Source: the human T2T-CHM13v2.0 reference genome, Homo sapiens
Direction: 5' to 3' (one strand)
Length of the DNA: 64,000 nucleotides
Assembly (NCBI RefSeq): GCF_009914755.1
Contig: NC_060930.1
In this document: piece after piece, positions 1-18,879 of the stretch
How positions within the stretch are numbered: position 1 is the stretch's first letter
How the letters are laid out: each line of letters starts with the position of its first letter
Program-made: the position numbers and the translations under genes
Notes under the pieces: generated by a model
The model's database searches: none
The model's input: the letters and a program-made list of their open reading frames with translations, nothing else
What the model was told of the DNA's origin: nothing

Positions 1-426
1 CTCTCAAAGTGGGGCCGATAAAATCTGCCCTATCAAAGAAGAACATGATACAAGTGCCAGCTGTTAATATTTATGTCTCATTGTTGCCAACCCTTGAAGA
101 TAGGTTTCCAAAGCACATCCACGTTTACAAAGTACTGTCACAGCTTTGCTTTGTTTCGATTTTCATTTAGACAACAAGAAGTAAAAAACAAAACTAAACC
201 TTTTAATTACTATTAGAAAGAAAGGAATATGTCTAAGCTTCAGTATTCATCTGCAATGGGATCAAACTTGGCCTCCTTTATCCTCTGCATATTTTATGAA
301 CATCCAAAAATATATGCTTCTATTTCGAGGGATTTCCTCTTCTTCTTTAGTTGCTTCTTTATTTTTCTTTTTCATTTTTCTGACCCTATGTATTATATTG
401 AAGAATTTCTTCTTCTTTTTTTATAA

Positions 427-772
<346 letters not shown>

Positions 773-1019
773 TAAGAGCAAACTCTGACCCAGCATATGC
801 CCTCATTAGACTTTAAACAAGACAAATCCTTCCATAGTAGACACTAATCATCATTTCCTTGAGGTTTATAGGTAAACTGTTTTAAGGTGACATACCTAAG
901 TGGATGCAGGTTTTTAGAAAAGAAGATAGTGAAGGAATTTTATCCAGAAATCACACGTTTGAGAGACAGACATCATTATAGCAGATCAACACAGACACAC
1001 TGCAAAACATGAGTAGTTT

Positions 1020-1531
<512 letters not shown>

Positions 1532-1571
1532 CTATGGCAGGCTGGTGATCTGAGGTAGAAAAGCAAGTTTC

Positions 1572-1865
1572 TTTTTTTTTTTTTGAGATGGAGTTTTGCC
1601 CTTGTTGCCCAGGCTGGAGTGCAATGCGTGATCTTAGCTCACTGCAACCTCTGCCTCCCGGGTTCAAGCAATTCTGCTGCCTCAGCCTCCTGAGTAGCCA
1701 GGACTACAGGTGCCCACCACCATGCCCAGCTAATTTTGTATTTTTGGTAGAGATGGGGTTTCACCATGTTGCCCAGGCTGGTCTCGAACTCCTAGGCTCA
1801 AGTGATCCTCCCACCTAGGCCTCCCAAAGTGCTGGGATTACAGGTGTGAGCCACTGTGCCTGGCC
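1572..1865 (-). mobile_element. Alu
   Basis: T-tail followed by full antisense Alu. Confidence 0.95.
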
Positions 1866-3130
1866 AGGGTGAGTTTTTTCACCCAGTAATTTTTGTTCCC
1901 TTTTATTGGCCTGAACTTGTCTGAATCCCCTACCCTCCTCCATACATACATACTAGCTACTAGAAGGTATAAAAGAGTAGGAAATAAATGTCTTAAATCT
2001 TTCCAGATTAACAAATTTGTATTGAGCTCTGATAACTCTAATGAATCATTGAGCAACACCAAAGTTTGAAAATGGTTGATCTCACTTGAGATTAACTTTG
2101 AATGTGTTGCTCCTGGTTTTGCAATTACCTGACAGGTTCTTCCTGTCTGCTGCACAAAATTAATCCATTGAGACCATGGCGTTGCAGTAAAGAAAGAGTT
2201 TAATTGATTTGAGGCTGGCCATGCCACATGGAAAAAGAGACACTACTCAATCTCCCCAAAAATTCGGAGGCTAGTACAGTTTGGAGGCCAAGTACAGTTT
2301 AGTGGGCAGGGAGCTAAGGAAGGGACAATGCTGATTGGCTGGGGAATGCAATCACAGGAGAGTGGAGAACGGTCCTCTTGTGCTAAGTCCACTTCAGGGT
2401 GGGGACCCCCAGAGGAGTTGCTGGTCTGGCTGGGGCCATCTGGTAGTCAGCAATGCAAAAGCCTGAAAAGACATCTCAAAAGGCTAGTCTTAGGTTCTAC
2501 AATAGTGATGTCATTTATAGGAGTAACAGGGAAGTTGCAGATCTTGGGACCCCCGGAATAATGGCTGGTAGTCATTTTTTTTTTAATTAGAAAAATTATT
2601 TATTTCTGCTCCTTTCATACATCTTATTGTTCAGGAAACAGTCTTACATACATATCTGAAATAATCTACCGTCACACACTCTAGTTAAAGGCAAAGCACC
2701 ATAGGTAAACCTGATCAGCTGTCCAGAGTTCTCAGCTTATGGAATCTTGCTTCTTGATTTTACGTTAATTTCTGAAAACAGAAACGCCATCTCCAAAAGG
2801 TGTTAAGGGGGTTGTAAAAAATAATCACTTTATTTGATATTATAGCTGTAAATATGGAGCTTTTTTTTTTAAGAAATGAAAAACTAAGAAGAAAATGCCA
2901 CTCAACATCGTTGGTACAGCAATGGGTCAGCAGGGGAAAAAAAAATACTGTGATAAACTTGTCTCTTTAATACCAAGAAGGAATTCTAGTCCAAGCTTCA
3001 ATACACTTCCTGTTTTTTCACTCGGTATTTCTTTTACTGCTGCTCTTCATTCTTTTCCACATTTCATATTAGAGGATTGGACAGCCTTTAAACTTCATTG
3101 ACAGGAGCAAATCCAGTATCCATTGAGTTC

Positions 3131-3654
<524 letters not shown>

Positions 3655-3835
3655 TCATTTAACTATGCTTACGTTTTAGCAGAGTTCAGGCACCTCTCAT
3701 CCTCCTAACCTGGTGGTTAGTTTTACAAGGGTGGTTCGGGTATTATCATTTAAACCATAAACTAAATTTTTCCCAAAGTTAGCTTGACCCAAACCCAGGA
3801 ATGACCAAAGGCAGTTTGGAGGTTAAAGGCATATT

Positions 3836-4160
<325 letters not shown>

Positions 4161-4269
4161 TCAACAGGTCTCTTTCACTGTCATAATTTTCTTATTGTTT
4201 CAATCTTAGCAAAGGCGGTTTCAACCCAATTAAGATAGGAAAGAAAAATTGTCTTGACATTGGATCTTG

Positions 4270-4636
4270 GACACACCCTCGTCTTAGTGCTTTGGCATTT
4301 GCTCCTCCCCCTGTTGGGACACGCTTCCCCCGGGGTATTTAATGGCTCTCCCTCAATTCCTTCAGGGATCTGTTAAATGCGGCTTCCTCAGAAAGCCTTC
4401 CTTGTTCACCCCATTTGAAACAGTGCTCTCATCAACTCCAACCCTTTCTTCTGCTCCAACATCTTCATAACACTTAATTCTACCCAACATTAGAGTACAT
4501 AGCAATTTGTTCATACATTTATGGTCGTTTTGCTTGTTAGAACGTACACTCCACGGACAGCCACTTTACCTGGTACACTGAAGGCACTCAGTAAATATTA
4601 GTTGAATGAATGAATGATTGGATGAGTGAATGAATG
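4270..4636 (+). mobile_element. L2 3' end
   Basis: cttcctcagaaagccttcc ... aggcactcagtaaatattagttgaatgaatgaatga terminus. Confidence 0.8.
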
Positions 4637-4738
4637 GCCATTTGGCTTATCACGTAACTCTACATGTGATTGGCTAAAGAGTCTTGCTGAGGTCCAGGAA
4701 ACAGAGACCTAGGGAGGAAAGGCTCTCCTGTCACCTGC

Positions 4739-4753
4739 AGGTCACCTAGGTCA
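4739..4753 (+). promoter_or_regulatory. Perfect DR3 nuclear-receptor element (AGGTCA-cct-AGGTCA)
   Basis: Sequence match only. Confidence 0.35.
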
Positions 4754-4808
4754 CCAGGCAGAGGCATAACGGCCTCTACTGCTAGAAGGAATATCTTTTG
4801 TTAGCTAA

Positions 4809-5150
<342 letters not shown>

Positions 5151-6254
5151 CTACTTTCTGGAAATCACGAATGCAGATACTTTATAATAGCTATAGCTGT
5201 AAATATTTTCAAAACCTAATTGGGGCTTATGGATTAAAAAGTATATTAGCTGAAAACATTTTGACTCAACACAATTATACCCAGTGGCATTAGAAGAGAA
5301 GCACTTAATGATACATTATGCTTGTGGCTAACAAAGCATTTGCACTAAATGGGTAACATTTTCATTTCCTATTTCAATTTCCACATCGTTTGTAGAGAGC
5401 TTCATTACATACACCCCAAACCTAAGTGAAAGATTGAGCCTGTAAATTAGGATTCTGACTTCCCCATTTACTCCAAACTCTTAAATGGCTTATTTTCTAT
5501 TTCTACAAAAGCCAGAGATCAAGAATTCACGCAAAAGTCAGGGGATTTAGGAAATATTAATTCATCTCCCTTAGGGAGCCCAGTGCCAAAAGACCAACCA
5601 CAAATTTAAAAAATAATTATACATTGCAGGGAGGCAGAGGTGAACAGAAGACGGAGACAAGGACAAAGTCATGATAAGAAGAGAGGAACTGTTTTTTACA
5701 GAAGCTGACAACATAAGGAAACATGTTAGCTCCCTTTTTCTAAAAGGTAAGGAAGGACAACTATGAAATTAATTGTTCTGTTAGTGGACTATCAAGGCAA
5801 TTAAGTCTTGATCTATTCGGTATATTTCCTCTTCAAATCATAACACTTATTGAAATCTGGAGAGTTGGAGTCATGGTGTAAGAGTCTTGTATTTTCCGTG
5901 GGCTGTGTGAAGGTGATAGCATTTTGCACATTCCGCTGGTAGCACGTATCTTGCTGCACTGTAACGTTGTTTACATTTATATGCACCGTGATGGATTATG
6001 AACTCCTGCGGGTCTGGGCCTCTGGACTCATAATCCTCTGTACACCAGTACAACCCATTAAACATTTCACAGATCAACTATGAAGCAGATGCACCTTTAC
6101 CCTACAGTTCCTTAAAACTCATTCCATATTCAATTAATATCCAGAAGGTCTAGAAAATTCTTAGTCCAGCAATGAAATCTGGTAGTTTGTCAAGAGTCAA
6201 CTGGTGTTCAGTTGTTTTTAAAAAACAGATTAGAGTTACTTAAAAATTTTCTAT

Positions 6255-6372
6255 GGGAAGCTGAGGAGGGAGGACTACTTGAGCCCAGGAATTCAAGGCT
6301 GCAGTAAGCTATGATTGCACCACTGCACACCAGCCTGGGTGACAGAGCGAGACCCTGTCTCTAAAAAAAAAA
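6255..6372 (+). mobile_element. Alu right-arm fragment (AluJ/FRAM)
   Basis: gggaagctgaggagggagg ... gagaccctgtctctaaaaaa. Confidence 0.85.
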
Positions 6373-6603
6373 ATTCTCTGAAAGTGCAATGAGAGAGTTT
6401 GTAGTGAATAGAATGCTAAATAAATATTTGAGAAATATATTCAAAGTGTGATAGGAGAAATTTAATTTTCACAGATAAAATAAGCTTCTCAATGACAAAT
6501 AACTTTGCAAAAAATTTGTTGCCACAATGGCACTCAAATGTGTATTCACTTTCCTGTATTCACTAATACTTTACTGTTTTTCTTTTCTGTTTTTGTTTTT
6601 CAT

Positions 6604-6922
6604 TGTTGTTGTTGTTTGTTTGTTTGTTTGGACAGGGTCTCCATCTGTCGCCCAGGTTGGAATGCAGCAGCACAATCTCAGCTCACTGCAGCCTCGACCT
6701 TCTGGGCTCAAGTGATCCTCCCTCCTTAGCCTCCCCAAGTAGCTGGGACTGCAGGTATGCACCATCATGCCTGGCTAACTTTTTTGTATTTTTAGTAGAG
6801 ACAGGGTCTTACTCTACTTACTCTACTCCATGTTGCCCAAGCTGGTTTTGAACGCTCAAGTGATCCACCCGCCTCAGCCTCCCATAGTCTGGGACTACAG
6901 GTGTGAGCCAGTACACCTGGCC
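6604..6922 (-). mobile_element. AluJ-like
   Basis: Antisense Alu with (TTG/TTTG)n tail and small internal actctact duplication. Confidence 0.9.
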
Positions 6923-6967
6923 CTGTTTTTCAAATACTATAACTGCTTCCCCAGTTGGAAATTCTAA

Positions 6968-7880
<913 letters not shown>

Positions 7881-8166
7881 GGCCTAACGTGCCCCAATCC
7901 CGCAAACAGTGGCTCCTTCTTAGCAAAAGTCAGTGTTTTGCTGCAAAATTAAAATAAAAGCTGAAAATGTACTTCCCAACTTATAAGGAGATGGAATGCC
8001 AGCCACATTGAACCCAAATGATTTTTTAAATGTAATTGTTCCGCCACAAAGCCTACAAGCTTCTTAAAGGCAGGACATGTATATTATTATTATTGATTGT
8101 GTCTTCAGGCCAAACATACCAGATAAAGTGATTAAATGGTTGTCAAATACATGAAGAAAGCATGGT

Positions 8167-8720
8167 GTGTTTGTTTGCTAGGGCCACCGTGACAAAGTAC
8201 CACAGACCAGGTGGCTGAAACAATAGAAATGTATTTTCTCATCTTCTAGCGGGTAGAAGCCTGGGATCTGCTGGGTGCAGTGGCTCAGACCTATAATCCC
8301 AGCACTTTGGGAGGCCAAGGAGGGAGGATCACTTGAGGCCAGGAGTTTGAGACCAGCTGGGAAAACACAGCAAGACCCTGTCTCTGTTTTTTAAAAAGAA
8401 GAAGTCTGGGATCGAGGTGTGGACAGGGCTGGCTCCTCTTGCGGTCTGAGGGAAGGATCTGTCCCAGGCCTCTCTGCCCGGTAAATTGCTGCTTTTTCGT
8501 TGTCTTCTCATCCTCTTCCTCTATGTATGCTTCTGGGCCCAAATTTCCCCTTTTATGACACCGGCCGTTTTGGATTAGAGCCCACTCTACTGACCTCATT
8601 TTAAGCTTCACTGCCTCTGTATAGACCCTATCCCAATCCAAATAAGGTCACAGTCTGAAGTATCGGGTGTTAGGGTTTCGACATAGGAATTTGAGGAGAT
8701 AAAATTTAGCACACACACCC
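8167..8720 (-). mobile_element. MaLR LTR (MLT1-type) interrupted by a FLAM at ~8270-8400
   Basis: gctagggccaccgtgacaaagtaccacagac...ggattagagcccactc...aataaggtcacagtctgaag; gaagcctgggatc/gaagtctgggatc around the FLAM. Confidence 0.8.
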
Positions 8721-8820
8721 ATGGGCTGTGCATTTTGGTAGCTGGGCAGTGTTAGAAGAAGCCCTTTAATGTGGCAGCCTGTGCTAGTAGCCAGTGGGCC
8801 CCGTCGTGGGCCAGGCATGA

Positions 8821-9222
<402 letters not shown>

Positions 9223-9245
9223 TAAAGTAGATAGATTTTCCAAAC

Positions 9246-10018
<773 letters not shown>

Positions 10019-10039
10019 ATTTCACTTCTTATTAATCAC

Positions 10040-10250
10040 GACCAGTGTTTCCTGAGCACTTACCACATGTCAGACATGGTACTAAGAATGTTATCAGTGT
10101 TATTTACTTAACCTGTACAAATAGAGATAGGGACTATTATGAACTTAATTTTTATAGAAAAGAAACCTGAGAGTAAGAGACATGAAGAAACTTGCCTGAG
10201 GTCATCCAGAAGGAAGAATAAGGAGTCAAGGTGTCTCCAAGGCAATGCCC
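10040..10250 (-). mobile_element. MIR
   Basis: ctgagcacttaccacatgtcag...tttatagaaaagaaacctgag...cttgcctgaggtca. Confidence 0.7.
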
Positions 10251-10486
10251 TTCCACCCCGAGCACCTCTGTGCTGGCCTGAGAACATGTTCCAGGAGGCA
10301 GAGCCTCACTTCATGGTGGGGTCTGGGGCACAGCCAACACATCTGGGGGCTTAGATTATGAAGAAGTGAAGGTATCCCTTAAAGCAACTTTCCTAGTTTC
10401 TTGGATTGGCTTATGACTCTAGTTTCTTCTTAATTCTTGCAGAAATCATAACCCCTCTATTAACAGTATTAAGACTATGCCATGCT

Positions 10487-10920
<434 letters not shown>

Positions 10921-12539
10921 CTAACATCACAGTGAGGTCCCTGTTCATTTGTGCAGGAGAACATGTACAAACATTTAGGCAGAACATACGCAGAGTAGAG
11001 TATACAGACCTCTCCCTCCTGTTCAGGCTTTTAGCTGGCATTAGGGGTTTGAGACCTTGGAATGCTGTCAAAGAAAAACACACTTTAAAAGCCCGTTTCC
11101 AAAAGGGTGACAAACGGGACTGGATGATGTGTTTAACCTCATGAAATATTGAACTCTTGGATGTAAATCTGCCCATATCACTAGAGATGAAAGAGTTATT
11201 CCTGTTTTTATGTCTAATTGTGGAACTGGTGAAATTTGCATTTCCCTAGAATCACTGCCCCTGTTGATAGTTGAAACACACAGTTTTGAAGAACAGCAAA
11301 TCATACTCTAAGAGGCAGTAGTCCCCTATGTCCTGTCGTTTTCCCTGTTTCTGCCTTCTATAGACACCCTTGCCACCACTCAGAAATGTTTGAGACTTTG
11401 TGGAGAAAGTAGACTGGTGAGAATTTCCTCGTACTTGGAAGGGTTAAGCACTGAGTCGATCTACAGCAAGTGGCACACCCAGTTTGAGGTCCACGAGGGT
11501 GAAGTAATTTATCTGTGAGTCATATCACTGAATACACTGTTCTATAGAATGTTGGTTAGCAACTCACTTCCAAACATCGTGGCCAATGGTTCTGTTAGAC
11601 ATAACATTTGAAAGTGAGATGAGTTGCTCATGTGGGCTTAGCAATAGGCAATGAAACGAATCTGGCATTGAAACAGACGTGGGTTTTTACAATGGGTTTA
11701 GACTGAAAAGAAGTGCTGTGTTGCATGAGTCCATCTTCACACTAAGCATGAAAGCCAGAGAAGGACCATCCGGTGCTCCTGGTGGAGACAGTGTCTCGGG
11801 ACACTGCCTGTGAGGTTTTCAGGATAGGAAAAAGAAGAGAAAAGGAAACCCAGCCGCTTGGTTTTCTTGTTTTATAATGTGGCCATTTCAGAGGCTGTGA
11901 CTATAGGATTAAATGCTTAGCAATTGGCAGGACTTTATATTGACTGGTGTTTAAAACTTAAAATTCAGTTATTCCAACCACAGATACTATTAAAAGAACT
12001 CTGGAGTCAAGAGGAATGAGCAGGCAAGAGGGTGAGGCTGTGTCTATGGCTGGAGGAAAGGTGTGATGAGTTGCTGTTTTGTTGCTAGGCAATAGGTTTT
12101 ATGTGACAACAATTCCTTTCCTTTAAAGAACTAGAGTGCTCTTTTTGTTTAATGAAAGCATTAGATTTTCTTGGTACAAGAGGTACCCATTGAGTTTACG
12201 TGAATATGTGGTATTATAGTAAACAGTGCTTATGAAAGGGAATGCTATTCTATTTTTGAATTCTTTTGTTTTACATTGCCACCTCTAGAAATCATTTGCC
12301 TGAGGAGATGTGGTTTTTTCCTTTTCTCAAATGATTTCTGTTGTTTGGCTTGTCTGACTGTAAACCTCTAAATTACCCCCAGCTGTTATGAATGTGCTTC
12401 TGAATTTCTCAACAGATAGCATAGCATGTTTGTGTTTGGGGATGTTAGAAGATTTGCTTTTATAATTCCAAACTAGTTAACAAATCCTGATGTAAATATG
12501 TTATGGTATCTTCTATATTTCTTCTTTTATTGATCCTAT

Positions 12540-12692
12540 TATAATGTAAAATGTTGTAGACTGCTTATGGTCACATTAAGACAGGGCCATATATCTCTTG
12601 CATCCTTATAGCCTTAATACCAATCTAACATAAAACTTGGCATATAGTTTATATCAATAAATGAACGGTTGTTGAATAAGTGAATGAATGGA
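12540..12692 (+). mobile_element. L2 3' end fragment
   Basis: cttggcatatag...tcaataaat...gttgaataagtgaatgaatg. Confidence 0.6.
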
Positions 12693-12735
12693 TGCACAAA
12701 TCATTGATATACTGTTGCATTTTCCAGTGACGTGG

Positions 12736-13066
12736 ATTTATTTATTTATTTATTTATTTATTATTTTGTTTTTGAGATGGAGTCTCGCTCAGTCTCCCAG
12801 GCTGGAGGGTAGTAGTACGATCTCAGCTTACAGCAACCTCTGCCTCCCCTGCCTCTCCGGTTCAAGCGATTCTCCTGCCTCAGCCTCCTGAGTAGCTGGT
12901 ATTACAGGCATCTGCCACCATGCCCTGCTAATTTTTGTATTTTTAGTAGAAGATGAGGTTTCACCATGTTGGCCAGGCTGATGTAAAACTCCTGACCTCA
13001 AGTGATTCACCTGCCTCGGCCTCCCCAAGTGCTGGGATTACAGGCGTGAGCCACTGCGCCTGGCCT
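12736..13066 (-). mobile_element. AluSx-like
   Basis: Antisense Alu, (TTTA)n tail, small internal duplication ctgcctcccctgcctc. Confidence 0.93.
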
Positions 13067-13232
13067 GATAATATTCTTCTATATTTTAGAGACCATGGAG
13101 TTAATTCTAAAAATGGAAAATACTTAGGCCTGAATACCAGCCCATAGGTTTACTATTTTTCCCTAAGGTAATGTCTTCTCCTTAAGCAGCATTAGAGCTT
13201 TGCTAACATGCCATCTAAAAATGTACCCCCCA

Positions 13233-13586
<354 letters not shown>

Positions 13587-13704
13587 TTATTTTCAACAAT
13601 ATAGAAACATTTTTGGATGAACTTTGTCTCTCAGGTTTTGGAGAATTAAAATGCCTCCCTTATCCCATCCCTGCCACACTCTAGGACATTGATTCATGTT
13701 CCCA

Positions 13705-13925
13705 AAGAATAATGGTTAGCTTACTGTATGCCAGCTACTATTCTTAGCTCCTTACATGAACTAATCCTTTTAATCCTCACAACTACACTATGAAGCGGAT
13801 GCTACTATTGTCCACTTTATGGGGGAAGAAACTGAGGCACAGAGAGGTTAGCTTGCCTCGGGACTCTGTCTCTGCTGAGATTGGAAGCAGAAGACTAGTT
13901 CCAGAATTCACACTCCTAACCCTAC
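13705..13925 (-). mobile_element. MIR
   Basis: tttaatcctcacaac...gaagaaactgaggcacagagaggtta core. Confidence 0.85.
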
Positions 13926-14379
13926 TACAACACCCGCTCTCAAACAGAGAAGGGAAAGGAAGTCCTGGCGTTTGCACTCTCCTTGATCTTGTGCTGGTCT
14001 GGTCTGGACATGGACCAAGGCTTGGGGGCCTTGCACACGTAAGTGAGTGCAGATGCCCGGCCCAGCCCCAGGGCTCCCTTGTCCTTGAGCTGGGGCCACG
14101 CTGAGGCTGAGGCTGGCCTCCATGGCTTGACTTGAGGCCACCTCCAGATCCACACCCTGAAAGCTTGGGACTGGCCTTCTCAGAGAATGGGGCAAAACAC
14201 TCTGACGCCAACTACAACCATCACAAGGAGGTACATTCTCTGTAAGGGCAAGCCTGGGGCTGCACCCAAGTAGACTAGCAGACACTCATTACAGAGAGAA
14301 TGTTCTGGCACTCTGGCCCTGCCAAAGGCTACCAGAACACAGAAGGCCCTTTCTTCCAAGGGGCCGAAGGAGGAGCAGG

Positions 14380-14810
14380 CACACACCATATGCCTCACTC
14401 ACCACACGAAACCACACACCACATAGCACACACGCGTGCACCCTCATACCACACTGACCCTTCACCACACACACACCCATACACCTTCATGTCACACATA
14501 CCACACACACAGATATACCACATGCACCCCATACACCCCACCACACACATACAAACACCACACCATATACACACACACACAGTACAACATACACACTCAC
14601 ACACCATATGCCACACACATATACTTTACACATATACATACCTCCAAACACACACCATGCACACACACGGTACACCATACACACACCACACACTATGCAC
14701 ATACCATGTACCACACACATACCCCTCCAACATCACATGAACACTACGCACCCTCCCCCATACCACACACATACACGCACACGTACCATGCACGCACACA
14801 CACCACAATG
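14380..14810. repeat. Degenerate (CA)n/(CACAT)n low-complexity tract
   Basis: ~430 bp almost entirely C/A with interspersed T. Confidence 0.95.
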
Positions 14811-14869
14811 TGCTGTTACTTAACAGGTTTGCCTTCCCACAACTCTATCAGCAAACCCTTCTGGAGGCG

Positions 14870-15010
14870 CAGCCCACACCTGCATTCCAAAGAACGCAAA
14901 TCCCTTCCCTGCCCGATGAAAGGCCCCTCCCACAGTGAGTCACAGAAACTGCAGCCGAGCAGGCAGTGGTGGGCCCCACCCTTCTCACAGGAAGTGAGAA
15001 AGAGTAAATA
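14870..15010. promoter_or_regulatory. Candidate enhancer core (KLF, TEAD, AP-1, ETS, FOX motifs)
   Basis: gcccacacc 14872-14880, GCATTCCA 14882-14889, TGAGTCA 14936-14942, gccccaccc 14973-14981, ACAGGAAGTG 14987-14996, GTAAATA 15004-15010. Confidence 0.55.
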
Positions 15011-15712
15011 TGTAGTTTTTCTTTGAGGGCCAATGCACATGTTAAATGGGTGATTAAGAAGACAGAGAGCTGCTTAAAAGGTCATGGGAGAAGTACAATG
15101 TCTGGGGACTTGGCAGTAGCCTGGCAGAGACCGCAGGAATCCTATAGAGTCTTTTATGGACAGGGCTCTGAAATTCCAGAGCCTGCAGGAGGTACCTTCC
15201 CCTTTGACTCGGCGGGGCTGTACCACTAAGAATGCACTGAGCATTGGGTGCACTTGGGATACCTGAGCTGTGGGGCCAGAGAGGCAGCCCTAGGGGAGAA
15301 TTCCGGAGTTGGGGCTGGGTTCTTTCAGCATAAAAAATCAAAGTGTCGCTTCTTTAATGAACCTCCCGGCAAGGTCTTCCCTGAAGACCTTGAACAAGTG
15401 TTCTTAAACAAGTGTTCCTTTATGCAATTAAAGGCCAGGGAAGCTGGGGTCTGAGAGGCCATGGAGCCATTGGGATAATAGTGACAGTTCGGCTACCATT
15501 CAACTGGGCTTCTGATGAATCATGCTGGGGGCAAGGACTCCAAATCACCAGCTCTACTCTATACTCGAATCAGTAGGCAGTTCAGACAGTCTTGGGGGAT
15601 TTGGGCAAACGAACGCTCCACTTAGAATCTCTCCAGAAAGACAAAGGGGGTGCCTAACAAACAATTCAAGGACTGTGGGAAACCAATGATCATCAAGGGC
15701 TCAGTTGTACAG

Positions 15713-16170
15713 TGTAAACCAAAAAGTATCTGAGACAGGTCTCAATCAACTGAGAAGTTTATTTTGCCAAGGTTAAGGACAGGCCAGGGAGGAAGAAACA
15801 CGGAATCACAGAAACAGTCTATGGTCTGTGTCGTTCTTCCAAGATGATGTTGAGGGCCTCGATGTTTAAAAGGGAAAAGTGGGCTGGAGAGGAAAGAGGA
15901 AGGGCATGGGAATCTACTTGTTGCAAGGGAAAAGGAGCAGGAAGAGGAACAATCAGTTACGTTTCCTCTAGCAGTCTGTAAATTGGTGCTTTACATAAGA
16001 TGAGCATAGAGTTTAGCTGCCTGTGGTGGGGATATCTAGCCTTTTATCTGTAGCTATCTGCTTAGGCACAAACAGAAAGGCAGCTTCTTGCATGACTCAG
16101 CTTCTAGTTTAATTTTTTCCTGTTGCCAAGAAAAAACTGGGGTCCTGAGAGTTTTTCTTTTCCTTTCACA
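15713..16170 (-). mobile_element. Complete MER4-group (MER4/MER83-like) ERV1 solo LTR
   Basis: TGTGAAAGGAAAA...TACTTTTTGGTTTACA termini; perfect 4-bp TSD acag; AP-1 tgactca 16093-16099. Confidence 0.88.
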
Positions 16171-16194
16171 ACAGGAAGAAACAAACTACAGAGC

Positions 16195-16320
16195 CCCTAG
16201 GTATACTGGGGCCACCTGGGGTCTTGTTAAAAATGTGCATTTGGGGGAGGGGCGGAGAGTCTGCGTTCCCCCCATGCAGTGCCCAGGCTGCTGCTCTGTA
16301 GGCCACACTTTGAATACTGA
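16195..16320. mobile_element. MER5A-like hAT relic
   Basis: cacctggggtcttgttaaaaatg ... ccacactttgaatact. Confidence 0.55.
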
Positions 16321-16554
16321 GAGTACCAGAGAGGACTTGGTGGTAGGGGGTGGTGGGTGGATTCTGGTACAGTTGGAGGAAGGAGGCTTCCTGGGGTGAG
16401 GGCACTGAGATGGGTCCTGGTGGTAAGATTGTGTGGGGAGGAGAATAAAGGTACCCCAGATCAACCTTGTGGGGCAACAAGTGACCTGACAAACTCCCAT
16501 CATGTATGGCCACTGTCCCCCATTCAAGGCCAGGGACCGTTGGAGGAGTTGGAA

Positions 16555-17456
<902 letters not shown>

Positions 17457-18118
17457 TGAAGGGGCGGGGCAGTGGTGACACTGAGAGGGACAGGAGAATT
17501 GGACCTGCCTTGACAAGACGGCAGCAAGGCCTCATTCCCTGGGGCCTAGAAGAAGGTGACTGCGCTGGGCATACACAGGGGAGAGGATTCAGAGTATTCA
17601 AGACGAATATATTGGGTAGAAAAAGTTATTTAAAATATTTGAAACAAGTCTCATTTTTACACTGAAATGTCACAGTCCTTCAGGCTCTCTGTTTTAGCCA
17701 AAGGACATCAGGACATGGTCTTACCCGAGATATAGCCAGACTCAGTATAGGGACTTCTTAGTGTTAGGTGTTCTAATGCCTGTGTCCTGCCCCAGCCCTC
17801 CATGAGAGCCAAGAGCTGTGCTGAATAGAATTGCTGAGCCCTTGCAGAAGAGGGTGTCATATTTTCCAAATATTCCCTTTGCAAGATAAACTAGCCAGAA
17901 GGTAGGAGGTGTCAGGCAGCGCCGAGCACCGGCTGGGCCAGACCTCTGGAAGAGCAACTGGGAATGTTGATTACAGGGCAAGAATCTAAACAGCAGTGAT
18001 TTATTTTCCAAAGTTGCTGGCACTTTTTAATCCCTTTTTCTCTCTTCCTCTTCCCTTTAACAGGGCAGAGCAAACAATCTTCAGGCCAATGCAATGCTTT
18101 GTGGGTTTTTTGCATTGA

Positions 18119-18435
<317 letters not shown>

Positions 18436-18565
18436 TGAAACCATGAATTTTTTATGTGGCCATTATTATTTTATAAATGCTGCTTTCTTTCTCTATCTGT
18501 TCTTTTCAGTACTTAGCCAGCGTGCAGAGAAGCTTCCCAGTTAGGAGGTGAAGAAACACAAGGCT

Positions 18566-18879
18566 GCACTGGATGCGGAGGCTCCCACCTGGAATCCCAG
18601 CACTTTGGGAGGCCAAGGCTGGAGGATTGCTTGAGCCCAGGAGTTCAAAACCAGCCTGGGCAACATAGTGAGAACCTGTCTCTACAAAAAATAAAAATTA
18701 CCTGGGTGTGATGGTGCACGCCTGTAGTCTCAGCTACCTGAAGGACAGAGGTGGGAGAACGGCTTGAGACCAGGAGATTGAGGCTGCAGTGAGTAGAGAT
18801 CACGCTACTGCATTCCAGCCTGGGAGACAGAGCAAGACCTTGTCACAAAACAAAACAAAACAAAACAAAACAAAAAAAA
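18566..18879 (+). mobile_element. AluJ-like
   Basis: J diagnostics; (CAAAA)n tail; TSD aaacacaagg. Confidence 0.9.

Noticed and set aside
14300-15026. His/Thr-rich and Cys/Val-rich ORFs up to 196 aa
   Set aside because: Artefact of the CA-rich low-complexity tract.
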